A stretch of DNA of 57,515 nt, the filler included, from Sphacelaria rigidula (lineage: Eukaryota), in NCBI GenBank assembly GCA_964200075.2. It is 8 parts of 8 records of this genome, joined end to end, with 100 filler letters (N's around TTAATTAATTAA, not from the genome) between each part and the next. Parts side by side here need not be neighbours in the genome. Positions count along the whole stretch, not along the records: positions 7,204 to 14,305 come from CAXNAA020016472.1; positions 14,406 to 21,507 come from CAXNAA020016473.1; positions 21,608 to 28,709 come from CAXNAA020016474.1; 5 more parts are not named here. The stretch is one strand, 5' to 3'. Below are positions 12,870 to 24,910 of the stretch, piece by piece (the first letter of the stretch is position 1; each line of letters opens with the position of its first letter). The notes beneath the pieces are model-generated. The model made no database searches and was not told the origin of the DNA. It saw only the letters and a program-made list of their open reading frames with translations. The position numbers and the translations under genes were made by a program.

Positions 12870-12957
12870 GTCGTTGTCTTGGCCGTAGATGACTCCGTCC
12901 ACTTCCCACCCGCCCAATCGAGCGCCAGCGCCCGCGCAACTGGATCCAGTGTTGAAT
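12870..12957 (-). CDS. Internal exon of the beta-helix-like protein (FNTGSSCAGAGARLGGWEVDGVIYGQDND)
   Basis: TTCAG|A acceptor and GAC|GTGAGG donor; the spliced product GAGARLGG...DG..YG..NDVYDN...PQG.VCGN resembles the C-terminal coils of right-handed parallel beta-helix (pectin-lyase-fold) proteins (recalled, not searched). Confidence 0.75.
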
Positions 12958-14206
12958 CTGAAGGAATGAAACATGTTGGAAGGACGGAGGGAGTAATGAG
13001 ACGTGGTTGAATGTATCTTTCGCAAAAAGCCACACACGCGGCCATTCGGCTCCTCTTTGAGAATCCTCTATCGTGATATTCATCATCTCGAGGGGAAATG
13101 GCCCTCCGGAGGATGAAATACCATCTGTTGGTTCATGATGCCTGTGGTGTGGACAGTGAACGAAGCCACCAGAGGGCACATGATTCCTCTGAGCACAGTA
13201 TTATATCGAGAGTGCCTGTGGGGAAGTTGGTGAACACATACCCCCAGAGTGTAAATTTACTTATGAAGTTCGCGCTAAATCAAACCTTTAGACAACGCTC
13301 GGGCCCTAACTGTCTCCAGGACACCATTGGAGCCCCAGCAATCTCATGTATGGGCCGCCATCACGCCAGAGATATATACCACCCGCCGTTCGCAAATCGA
13401 ATCATGCAGGCCCCACAACACTTATTATTCCCAGCTACCCCCACAACCCTGCGGCAAAGAGCACGAGTTGGGCATGTTAGAATATACACAGCTATCGCGG
13501 CTTGTGTACACAATACACAGTGTTCGACTGTTCACGTCATAGAAATAACTTGTCAACTGGTGGACCCAGCTCTGACAAGAGAGCTCGCAGAGGCCGCACA
13601 GTGTTGTTGGTAAAACACTTGCTTGTGCAATAAGAAAACGATAGATTAAACTTCGCGCTTTACTCGGCCGGACTCAAAACAAACACGATCAGTCTCTACT
13701 CTGTAGAATGCTGATGACAAACTTACTTGAGGTGGGTCGCTTTGGAGAGTTATAGCGTAGGGCTTTGTCACTCTAAACGATAAACCTGTTCATTCAAAGG
13801 GTTGATACATTAGCCTCTTCGCACTCAACCCTTCAATATTCTGACAATATGCTGACTTTCTGTATACGAGCTGTGGAGTGCATGACCTATTCATTATTCT
13901 ACGAATGTTCCACTTCTTTGGTTATTATTACGACCTTTGTTCTAACGACGGAACGTAACTAGTTTTACCGCTTACCTCGAGTATGTATATTCGGAACTGT
14001 TATTTCTTGAGTCCCAACAGGGCACAGGGATATACGCACTGCCGTAGTTGGGTTTAAACTTGAGCATCTTCTTTCATGGCGACGGAACCCCGCCCGGGTA
14101 GGGTGTGGGCGATCACCGGCTTATTGCACACACACTCATGGACAGTGCAGTGAAAACAAAACGTGCTTTTTACTGTGATCATATCGCCATCAACGTACAG
14201 TATCTA

Positions 14207-14305
14207 TAATGCGTGAGAGGACCGCGTGCTTAGAGGACCGCATCGGAATTTGAGCACCCCTATGGTTAGGGTTAGGGGTAGGGTTAGTGTGGGGGTTGGG
14301 GTCAG
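14207..14305. mobile_element. Truncated copy of the TTAGGG-bearing MITE
   Basis: TAATGCGTGAGAGGACCGCGTGCTTAGAGGACCGC followed by GGTTAGGGTTAGGGGTAGGGTTAG; cut by block end. Confidence 0.8.
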
Positions 14306-14405
14306 NNNNNNNNNNNNNNNNNNNNNNNNNNNNNNNNNNNNNNNNNNNNTTAATTAATTAANNNNNNNNNNNNNNNNNNNNNNNNNNNNNNNNNNNNNNN
14401 NNNNN
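14306..14405. other. Artificial contig linker
   Basis: 44 N + TTAATTAATTAA + 44 N. Confidence 0.99.
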
Positions 14406-14473
14406 ATTCACGTGAAGATTTTGCCTCCCAAAACCATGCACTTTTGGGGGGGGGGGCTATCGTAGAAAGTGTC
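14406..14473. repeat. Family A repeat end
   Basis: Near-perfect reverse complement of 21438-21507. Confidence 0.85.
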
Positions 14474-15108
14474 GAGCTTGTAAAAATACGATGGGCACCC
14501 AAGAGGTTACTGATCGCAGCAGAAAGCTTGCCGGCGAAATGCAGGCCGTTATCGGATAACAATCGTATGGCCACGCCCCGATGCGGAATATACGTGTATA
14601 CATGATTGTTGGCGGTACCTTCCGCGTTATAGCTACTGGCAGCGACGGCGTGCATCACCGCATGTCGACTACATCTATCTGTGAACTACAAATTATACGT
14701 ATGACCACTATCCGTCAGGGGCAAGGAGCCAAAACAGTCCCACGAAACTACTTCACCAGGCCCCTTTGGGAGTGGCATGGAAACAATCGGCCACCGAACT
14801 GTCTGACGTGAAGTTTTTCGCGCCTGACACAAAAGACAACACCTCACCCACCAACGTACACACTGGATCATACAAATCCACCAATAAAAGCGCTCAAGCA
14901 TCTGGGAGGTTCGAGCAACTCCCAGATGTGTCGATGCTTGCGAATGACACTCATGGAGAACCCATGGGCGCATCAGCATCGACACATAAATTCGTGTGGG
15001 GTCATCACCTAAGAAGCAGGCATGTTTACTAGTAGGTTTACCCACACGAAGGGGCGCTGTGGGCCGGCGAACGAAGAGAACGACACCATCATCATCCGTA
15101 TAAAGCAT
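14474..15108 (-). pseudogene. Integrase (zinc-binding domain plus partial core), frameshifted and truncated
   Basis: H..ASTHLGVART...RFYWW..M...VR...RCCLLCQARK; WDCFGSLP; second frame HRGVAIRLLSDNGLHF; abuts the family A repeat. Confidence 0.9.
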
Positions 15109-16031
15109 ACCTTTCCGCGATAGTTCAGCAACTTCATCCTACGTGGGGGCTTTGTGGTTCCCAACGGGCAAGAGGAATTCGGTTGCTGGAAAGGAGACGG
15201 ACAACCTTTGGACAGATAATGCACAGCCACTCTACAAGCAGGTTTAGCTTGTTGTTCTCTGGCCCAATCGGCATGGGAAAGAAGGGTCAAACTTTCCTCA
15301 AATACACTATCCGACGGGTTTTCCAAAAATGAAGGGGTTCGTGTCACGGTAGTGTTGACTCGAATCAGGGATATATTTGAATCATGCGCGGGGGAATCAG
15401 TTAGTGTACTTTCAAGCGGAACATTGTCTTCGAATCCTACGTCGACAAGCGCATCGGACGATGAGGCATCAGTGGGTGCATCATCATCACCGGGGAAGGG
15501 GGGCAAAGCCGAATCTTCGGATATGGTAGGAAGGGGTACCGTGGATGGAGTCAATCTTCTGGGGGCCTTGCGCCGCGGTGGGTGAGGGGGCGCAAGGAAA
15601 GTATCAGACACCGGGATGGGGCTTGGGATGGGAAGGTCCGGACCAGCGGCTGCGAGGGTGGCGGCCGTGTCGGCGGCCCGTCGTTCCCTGGTTCTACTCG
15701 AGATGAGATCTCGCACCTGAACCGGGAGGACGAAGTCAGCACAAGACGGTTCTACATCTGCAGCACAAACCATACGATGACCAGTTGCACGGAAATGATC
15801 ATACCCGCTTGGGTTTATACTAGCTCCACTCCAAACTGAACACAACGGTTGAGGTGGCATACTGCCTAGAACAGAAGCGTGAGCTGTAGTCGTCAGCCCA
15901 TCCATGCCAAGTGACGAGTTGTTGTTCAGTGAGAGAGTTGTGTAGATACCGCTATGACCGTTTCTGCTGATGAAATATACAATGTCTTCGGTGGGATCCG
16001 TGATGCGTCCCAAGGCGGAGCTGTCGATGGG

Positions 16032-16529
16032 TCAGGCCGGGATGGGCAAGCGAGACACAAAATCAGCGTTTGCGTTTTGAGGTCCTGTTCGATACTCCAG
16101 CATGAAGTTGTAAGAAGACAGGATTTCAAAGCAGCGTTGGACCCGGGCGTTGTGTTCCGCCATTTTGGCGAGGTTTTTCAAAGACTTATGATCTGTATAA
16201 ATCACGAGCGGAATGTCATACAAGTACTGACGGAGACGTCGCACTCCCCAAACAATCGCACCGGCCTCTTGCTCCATGACCGACCAGTTTTGTTCGTTTG
16301 GGTAGGTGGTTCGACTAAAATGTACAATGGGGCGGATATTAGCATCTGGTTGTTCATGCTCCACCGTGCAGCCAAACGCAATTTTGGAGGAATCCGTGTG
16401 GAGTCGGAATGGACGTGAACCATTTTCAGCGGCCGACCAGTCTGGGAAAACCGAGATCAGTGGTCGCGAGAGGGTTTCGAGTAGTTGACGTAGTAGTTTC
16501 TCCATTTCCGAGGTGAACGCGAATTTCAC
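16032..16529 (-). pseudogene. Retrotransposon RNase H
   Basis: FRLHTDSSKIAFGCTVE, EQNWSVMEQEAGAIVWG, VIYTDHKSL, GPQNANADFVSRLP; ends in an in-frame TGA. Confidence 0.9.
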
Positions 16530-18409
16530 TTTTTTTTTAGAAGAGAGGTGAGAGGTTCGATGATTTGGGCTAGGTTCGGCAAGTACTGTCGGTAGTACCT
16601 CAAACCGCCGAGCAAGGAGCGCAGTTGAGATGTATCCCGTGGCATGGGCGTATCTGTAAGTACGGCAACCTTGTCGAGGTTTGGACTACGACCTTCAGGA
16701 GTGATACAGTGACCCAGGAATTCGATGCTAGTCGCTCCAATGCGGGATTCAGACGGGGCAAATTTCAAGTTGTATTGTTCGAAGCGAGCGAAGAAAGATG
16801 CCAAGTGTTCGACATGTTCGGAAGGGGTGCTACCGTGTATGACCGCGTCATCGAGGTACATGTGGCACTTCGACAATCCATCTGTCACACGAAACATCAC
16901 ACGTTGAAATGCCCCGGGGGTGCCGGCGGCACCTTGTGGTGCTACCAACCATTCATACAGGCCTGACGGTGTACAAAACGCCGTCAGTTCTATAAATTGC
17001 GGACCCATCACAAGTTGGTGGTAGCCGGACTGCATGTCAAAGTTCGAAAATACTTTACCCCCGCCGAGAGAGTCAATGATTTCATTTTTGCGGGGACGAG
17101 GTAGACGTGCGATTTTGGTGACTGCGTTCAATCGTTGGTAATTGACCACCAATCTGATCTTACCGCTCTCCTTCCGGACGATAATAAGCGGCGGGGCCCA
17201 CGGGGACGTTGAGTGCCGTATTAAACCGGCGGATAAGTATCCGTCGAGGATTACCTGAATTATATCCGCTAAGAGGGGGTTTGTACGGTACGGACGAGTA
17301 GCGATAGGTGGCGTCCCATCAGGAATTTTAATTTTGAACGGTGTAGTGGTGCAGCGGCCGAGATCTAGGGGCGCTGTGAAAAATCCTTCAGAGTATCTCA
17401 TCAAAATGGAGCGGAGCTTTTCGATCACCGTGGGGGTCCAACCCTCACCAGATAGATCAAAAGCAAAGTGTCGCAAATGTTGGGAGATATCGTCCCATAA
17501 ACGTTGGAAACTAACACGCTGCTCTGGCGGTAATCTATCTAGCAATGCAGTTGGGGGGTTTGGGTCAGGTGCGTTAGACGCATCGTCCACTACCATCGGG
17601 TGAGGTCTGCCGAGCGGCAGAGAGTCCGCGTTGATCGACGTATCTGGTGGCATTTTCCGTTCGGTTGCCAGACACACGTTTGACAAGCCTGTCCGTAGGA
17701 GGGGCGCCTGAGCAAAACCTAACAACTGCCCGGGGAGTAAATCGAAACATGCAGAGGACGTGAGAGGAATGGATTGTCTACCTTCGTGGACGAATACTTT
17801 AGTCTGATCGAAGGTGCCTACATCATCAGCCGGTTGATTGGAGTTGATGAGTTCGACCAAGTATTGCCCAGTGAGGGCAGGGGATCCGTTCTGTCTCACA
17901 AGGTTTACATGTATGAGTTGGGGTTCAAAGGATAAGGAGGTTAAGTTTTCACCAACATAGTACAGTCGGAAGGCATCACCTGTTTGTGTTGGATCATCGA
18001 CATAGGCATGCGCCCCTGAAGCAGTGTCGTGATATCCCGATTTCAACCTGCCAGTCTTGGGATGGTGCGAAACAGGTGTGTCTGACGTGTACGTATGAGT
18101 GGAAAAACGTAGCCAACTATCACGCCCCAGTAAAACATCAACCGACATGGAACCATCGGGCACTATGAGAGCCCATACGGATAATCGCGCAGTCGGACCC
18201 GTGTCATCGAAAAATTGCACACTAAGTCTTACTGATCGATCAACCGCAAGAGCAGTGGAAGCACCAAACCCGCCGAAAACACGAGGGGAAACCGTAGAAA
18301 CACAATGTGCGTCCGCAGCCCCCGCGTTGATCATTTGTTGCCAACGTTTGAGGCGAGCCTGAATCGGGCAACGCAACAGCAAATAAAGGGCATGTTGCGT
18401 GCATTCCAC
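16526..18409 (-). pseudogene. Aspartic protease C-terminal part plus reverse transcriptase
   Basis: DVLLGRDSW (protease; the DSGS active-site motif lies in another frame near 18350-18375); SPWAPPLIIVRKESGKIRLVVNYQRLN, FDMQSGYHQL, YEWLVAPQG, YLDD, IEFLGH; frameshift to RNase H at an A9 run. Confidence 0.92.
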
Positions 18410-21400
18410 TATGTATACCTATTTTCGTTGTGAAGGAGGCATCATCCATGATTGCAGTACCGCTGACTAGATCCGGTCCAAATTCTGGCAAGAAATCTAT
18501 GGACAAACCGTGCTTGTGATTGTGAGCCGCTGTGCTGAAATACACACGTTGGTGATCCTTTGGAGCAAGAGTTCTGTCCGCAGGTGTGTTGGGGCACAGA
18601 GTGGCAGTCGCAGTTGGTGGAGGATCTATCGAGTGTTGAATTTCGTATACTGTAAGGGATGGACGATGCCTGGCAAGGGCAGTCGTCGTGGCTGGCCGCG
18701 ACAACTAGTGGGGTTGGTTTGAAAAATCTTGGTCGGCCGCAACAAGTGGCAAAGCGTCTGTTCGCGGAGCTGGCGAAGGTACAGCATGAAGTGGGGGCAA
18801 CGAAGGGGACGTTTCGTCAAAGGGTGGAGGCGAGTTGGTTACAGTAGTCAATTCGTTACCCGTCTTAGTGGGGGACGACGTTGGTAATATAGAGGACGAG
18901 CAGTCAAGCGTGGACGGCTCGTCGGTCACTAAGCCACGTTTTCCTCGTGATGAAGAACTAGACGGGGGGGTTTTCATGACAAGGAGGCGAACGCCCAATT
19001 GGCAGCGAGGTATCTGACCCAACAGATGACAACGCTATTTTAGAGGTGGGTTCTAACATAGTTTGTGAGGGGTCGACAGGGAGTAGTGTTGGTCTGTTCG
19101 AAATCTGGGAAACACCGGCCTGATCGACAGAATCGTTTTCCTCTGATGAAACCCACACCCGTTCACGATTCCGGTGAACGGGTGCGACTCTATCTTCAGG
19201 GATATCTGCAGGGTCACCAGGAAGAGCCCGCCAAGGGTGACGCGTATAGCGCACCAACGGTTCGGCTGCTCCGGGGACTATTGGGAATTGGTCAAAGACA
19301 GTCCGCCTTCGGTCACGCTCGTGGCGCTCCACCGGCGCTGTTACTTGGGATTCCTTCACAACACGCTGAGCGACGGAAAGCCAGGGTTCGACACGGTTGC
19401 GCTCCGTGCTCGAAAAATTACGCTCACCAAATAAAGGGGGACCGGGCACCGACGTTGTTTCGTTCGTGGGTGTAACAGGGGTCGGCTTGGCACCTAAGCA
19501 TGTTTGGGGGCTGGTGTGTGGCCTTGTTTTAATTGCCCCGCAATGAACGGTTGCGGGGGTAACAGCTACCACGACAAAAGATGTTCCTGCTTCGGGGGCG
19601 GGAGGTGTTACACTACATGACTGCCGATCTCGCGGGGAGAAAGGATCCGACTGGCTATGACTAATACCACTTGGGTGTAAAACCAGGTGAACAGCTCTAG
19701 AATTATAACACTGGGGTTGATCGTTGCGCGATTGGGAGTCATGTAACGATGCACGGGATTCTGCTGCCATGGAACCCATCATGATAGCCTGCTCGACCCC
19801 AGTGTACCCTCACCACAAACCTTAACCTGTGCCGTACGACATTGATTCAGTTCTGTGATGTGTGTCTACTGGCCGAGCGAAAGAAAAGGGGGGCACTTCT
19901 AATCGATGGTTCCCTAATGTGGGCCTGTGACAGACATTGACGAATGAACGCGAGGTGTATTTAAAACGGGCAGAGGACGACGGCCTAATTTTGAGGCAGT
20001 GGTACACGCTGAATCGCCCCACTGTATGCTTACGTGAAAACGCGGTATTTGGAAATTTCCAAAACAGCGTCAAGTGGCGCGTGTTGCAGTGGAGCATTAG
20101 AACTCCATCTGGCGGGGGGCTAAACCGTTCTGCAAGTCCATCACAAGGGGGTGTGTGCCGTTTTATGATTGACCCTGTGCCTACGGGTGAAAAGCGCTAG
20201 AATGAGATATGGGTAGTCTTGGGCCGAAAGCCTTCGCGCCCGAGCCTAAAAATACGACTGATTGCACTGTGGGTTGAAATTGCTTTGATCACTACCGTGC
20301 TTGCAATACCAGATCAGGGGTGGTTGTTTGAACCGCACGAATCGCGATGTTGAGGGCGACGGTTTCAACGCATACGCCCGTATTGTGAGAATTTGGTAAA
20401 AAAATAATCTGAGCACACCCAACGAGTTTGTGAAAAGCTTCTCACAGATGCGCATCAAATACATGGGTACGCCATCGGCCGCGGTGTACCCAGTATCTTC
20501 ATGAAACCAATTGCCACAACGTTGACATGTATCCTTGCAGGGGCGGATCAAGTCAGTTTGAAGGAGGGGGTCGACGTAACGGTTCCATATCAGAGTTTCG
20601 ATCAGGTCCGTGGATGTGCTGATTTGATGTGCTTATCGCCAATTTCATGGTGCGAAAAGCCAAGGAGAGAATCGACTGGTAATCACGACGGTGGTTGGTA
20701 CCGTCGCTGAAGACATGAACTAACCTCTGCCGTACTCCATATATGATCTTTTTTAGCCATCGAGACGGAACAGTGGAAACCACCCGTGCTGCTGAAATTT
20801 GAATCAAGAAGGGCAAGAAAGTAAAAAAACGCCATGATTCCGTCGTGCTCGTAGAAGTTCGAATGTCAGAGGTTGGCTGCAGTAGATGGGTTGCCATACA
20901 GCTTAGTGCACACCGCACACTTACCCGGCCCGCCACCGGGGTGTTGGGGCGAGGTGAACGCAGAAAAGTACCAGTACAAGGTTACAGCGCAAAACGTGCC
21001 GGGGTTCGCGTCCAAGCCAGTTGAGTAATGCCAGAACGGGAAAACCTCAGTAACCATCCTGGGTGAATCTGTTGTCGGAAAACACCCACTTCGATCGTTC
21101 ATCATCCGGTGGTGCCGTGGATGAGATTGTTTTTCTCGAGATGATGGGCGCAATACATCCTGCACGATGTAGACTTTACGATATAACGGTAGTACAATGT
21201 AGTGTCAGGGTGTTACAGCAGGGCACATGAGTACCGGTATTCACAAGTACAGGCCGTGGATTTTGCGAACAGTACGGCAGTACAAGTACAGGCTGTGCTT
21301 CACAAACACGGCACAGCTCTAGGCTGTACTCGTAACCTCGTACTACTGCATGTCCAAGTACAGGCTGTACTCTGCAAGCACAGACAAAATACAGTAGTGC

Positions 21401-21437
21401 CAGGTTACAAGTGAAGGCTTCACTTTGTTTGCAAACA

Positions 21438-21507
21438 TGACACTTTCTACGATAGCCCCCCCCCCAAAAGTGCATGGTTTTGGGAGGCAAAATTTTCACG
21501 TAAATCG
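21438..21507. repeat. Family A repeat end
   Basis: TGACACTTTCTACGATAGCCCCC...; cut by block end. Confidence 0.85.
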
Positions 21508-21607
21508 NNNNNNNNNNNNNNNNNNNNNNNNNNNNNNNNNNNNNNNNNNNNTTAATTAATTAANNNNNNNNNNNNNNNNNNNNNNNNNNNNNNNNNNNNN
21601 NNNNNNN
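21508..21607. other. Artificial contig linker
   Basis: 44 N + TTAATTAATTAA + 44 N. Confidence 0.99.
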
Positions 21608-21822
21608 CTCGAAAGGGATGGGTGGTCAATGGTCAAACGACTAAGGCAAGCAACAAATGGGTACGCCCCCCCCCCCCGTACACGCCTTGCATTATGGTGT
21701 CGCAGGTCGGGTCAGTATTTCGGCACCGCGTCTCGTTAACCAAACACAACTACTTTTTCTTTACTCACGTATTCACGCTTTCGACAGTTACAATCAGATA
21801 ATTCGAAAAAAACACTGAGCGC

Positions 21823-22083
21823 ATCGGGAAGCGAACCCACGATCCCTCCACCCTAATGGTGTCAGTCGGGACATTTTCATTTGCACCACCAGGGCGCGGC
21901 GGCAACCCTATCGGGAAGCGAACCCGCGATCCCTCCACCCTAATGGTGGCAGTCGGGACATTTTCATTTGCACCACCAGGGCGCGGCGGCAACCCTATCG
22001 GGAAGCGAACCCGCGATCCCTTCACCCTACTGGTGGCAGTCGGGACATTTTCATTTGCACCACCAGGGCGCGGCGGCAACCCT
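21823..22083 (-). repeat. Three tandem 87-bp tRNA-like (SINE-head-like) units
   Basis: Units start at 21823, 21910 and 21997 and are near-identical. Minus strand shows A-box-like TGGTGCAAATG, CTGCCAC and B-box-like GGTTCGCTTCC; a T7 run follows the last unit. Confidence 0.8.
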
Positions 22084-22579
22084 GTCACGGAAAGCCGCGG
22101 CAGCTGGCGAGCTGTATTGTGCACCTTTACGTGCTGGTGTTACCATTTTCAACCAATAAATGTCTTTTGGCCCCGGTAGTCACGATGCGGACACAGGGAA
22201 AAAGTATTGAAATAAATGAAAAAATATGAACACATGTATGTCTTTATGGCGAAAATCAGGCGTGGAAAGATGACCGATCGAGCAAAAAAAATGGTAAGAC
22301 GCGTTGCAGGAGGCTCCGACCTCCCCCTCTTTCCCATCGCTTTGCACTATGTTGACCTCTCAGACACCTTTCAGAATTATTTTGGTGTGTGTCCGTGGTT
22401 TTTTTTTCTATAGCACGGTACTCGTAGTCCATGGAACGTACCGCACGTTCCGAGGGAATCGCGGTACAGTATGACGCGGTAAGGGAATTATGATTTGTGA
22501 TCCCGCCGTACTGTTCTGGAATTTGCACAGTTGTGCGGAACTATGTTCAAGTTCCATATACCGAAATACGCCGCGATAT

Positions 22580-22625
22580 GAGCAGCTAATGTGAGATAAT
22601 CAATCAATCAATCAATCAATCAATA
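22580..22625 (+). repeat. (CAAT)n-tailed retroposon 3' end, variant
   Basis: GCAGCTAATGTGAGATAAT(CAAT)6, resembling the family C tail. Confidence 0.6.
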
Positions 22626-24832
22626 ATCACCGGGGCAACCGTTCCGGGAAGTTCCTGACAAAAACTTGCGGATTTTTCAAGCCCTTAGAAGTGTCCAGAT
22701 TTCGGTTTTCCCCCCTGAGGTTGAAGAGGAACCGAAATTGCGAGGAGAGGTGCGAATCGATCAGTTGAAGCCATGACAAGGAGATAAGAGTAATTCGTGT
22801 TTTCAGAATCCAGTCAAATGTGCCCCCTCTCCTGATTAGGCATGATCATGAGTACACCCCCCTCCCGAAAAAAGCAAGAAGAAAAATACAATCTTGTAGT
22901 CATCGCCTTCAACCCGTCGATTCTCATCTCCCCTCAAACTCTCAGCTGCTAATCCTCAAACCTTGATCGAAATTGCCCGGCGCACTTCCGTGTCTGAGGC
23001 CAGCTTGTTGCATTGACGTTTCCCGGCAGGAGTCATTGGCAGTGAAGCCGTATTTCAGTCTGAGACAGAGATATATGACGGCATAGACACTACAGCGTCA
23101 CCAACTGTTTCGCCCACGTAGACGGTTTGATAGGTTACGTTCAGGCTGACGGGGCAAGGTAGACTCGGAACTCGAGCATCTTTCTCGGGGCGGTCGTTGC
23201 GTTTCCGCTGGGTTTGACCGTTGTGTTTGTCTACGGCAAAAAGGGGGTAAGCGTTCCGGCTCTTAGGGTTGCGGGCGATGCTTGTGACGAGCGTGCGCTG
23301 TGGCTGGGGAAGGTACGAGGATAGTGCTAAGTGGCCTTCACAAGGCACTTGGGGGTTACCAGAAACGGTGGCACCCAAAACAAGTGACTGCCTACGATAT
23401 ACCATGGTACGTTTGGCCCAACTACTGTACAGCAACGTATGATGCGAAAGTATCTATTTGTGGAGTGTCCTATGAGGCGAGATGTTTTTTTCTTGCGTTT
23501 TGACACGGGTGCTGCATGCGCCTCCGATGTACGATCCTGAAGAGTTCCGAGTGATGACGTTTTTATCGTGTGTTATCAATTGCGCATGAGCGCACAAGAT
23601 GTTGTACAGTTTCCGGTGAAATACATGTTTTAGTGTGAAGTTCAAGAGTAAATGCGGCCTGGATGCGCATCGACTTGTCTACTGGTGCGTTTGTTTAAAT
23701 TTCACTGTACCGCTTTCCCACCCGGAAGTTCGCAACAGATGACCGATACGGAGTCTAAACGTTCACCACCCATCGTTCTCCGCCTCACATACGCTTTCAT
23801 GTTCCAGCTTCCCTCATTGGGTTGGGTATCCTGATGAGGCCCGATCGGGTTTCGGTCAATTGCAGAGACCCAGGTTTCCTACTGTAGAGTCGTACAGAGA
23901 TGAAGGAGGTATGAAATGTCGTGAAATGAGTCCCCCAGTTGGGAATACGCACTTGCCGTCATGGCTATGCGTTGTACGACCGATAGTAAGTACTTGCCCA
24001 CCGCGGTGAGTCAGGGCTTTGCAAAGCACATTATTTCGACTGCTATCTTGGTTTCAGTGGGGTAAACTGTGGCGTCTTCACCTTGTGCGTTGCGTTGACC
24101 AAAAAGTGACAAAATGCCAGAACCCCCCCTCTCCTGAAGTTGCACAGTTCGTGAAGATCCATACCTTCAGTTGACGTCACGAGCCACTTTGCCGATACAG
24201 TAGGTTTTAGCTGGATCATGGCGTTGCTTGATTGTAAACATAGAAATGGGTTGATACGCTAGCAGCGGCGCTTGGAGACAGCTGGATGCAACGTTGAGTT
24301 TTTTTCTGACCGAAATCAACGCACTTCGTATGCCCTGCGCCCTGTGCTCTGTGCTGACCTTTCACGCTTCTCGGTGCCCAGGTTTCAAGCATGACACTTC
24401 ATCGAGGTTCCCTGGATCCAGTTGGGATGAAGGTGTTGGTGGATAATCCCACGGCTTCTCGAGCAAGCTGGAAACCACCAAGATGATGGGCCCATCACGA
24501 TCATCTCAGCACGGAGTGCAGCAGAGCACAACAGCCTTGTACATTTTCAGCTTTCTGCAACTCCAGCAGTGCTGCAGTACGGTACAACACAGCAGCAACG
24601 AGCACATTACAGTGTAGTCACCGAGTAGTGCCGCATGCGCCATGCACATGTGTCATGCATGCATGCTAGTCATGCACTCCGCCTTCGTAGCTGTCCTGCA
24701 GTACGATGACTTTAATCTGGCACTCCAGTAGTGTAGTTCAGCATGCCAGCATGACACAGCATAACACGTACAGCAAGCTGTGACGACGCTGCCTCTGTCA
24801 GGACATGCGATCTGCTGCACTCTTTACTAGTT

Positions 24833-24910
24833 AATTGATTGATTGGCTGATTGTCGCATATTAACTGCCCCCCCCTGGGATCCAGCCGTGGCCACATGAT
24901 GGACGTACCC
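24833..24910 (-). mobile_element. Family C non-LTR retroposon 3' end
   Basis: CATCATGTGGCCACGGCTGGATCCCAGGGGGGGCAGTTAATATGCGACAATC(AATC)n on the minus strand; shared with 45554-45621, 55258-55345 and 56234-56309. Confidence 0.75.

Larger units (their letters stand above)
14474..21170 (-). mobile_element. Degenerate Ty3/Gypsy LTR retrotransposon internal region (gag-like, PR, RT, RNase H, INT); LTRs not seen
   Basis: Domain order PR-RT-RH-INT on the minus strand; multiple frameshifts and stops; the 5' boundary is approximate. Confidence 0.9.

Noticed and set aside
13020..14080. Further upstream exons of the beta-helix gene (HHEPTDG...; PCWDSRNN...)
   Set aside because: Splice phase or acceptor support is poor and there is no family motif.
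14265..14305. True telomere at block end
   Set aside because: The repeats are degenerate and internal to a MITE that has a complete copy at 12312-12519.
14350..14405. ORF extensions ending in XXX-LIN (also 35956-36011)
   Set aside because: Read-through into the artificial linker.
16526..16540. Programmed ribosomal frameshift at the A9 run between RT and RNase H
   Set aside because: Not a usual position in Ty3/Gypsy pol, and the element has several other lesions; a homopolymer indel or sequencing error is simpler.
23831..23865. Hammerhead ribozyme (CTGATGAG followed by a short stem)
   Set aside because: The required CGAAA after stem II is absent.
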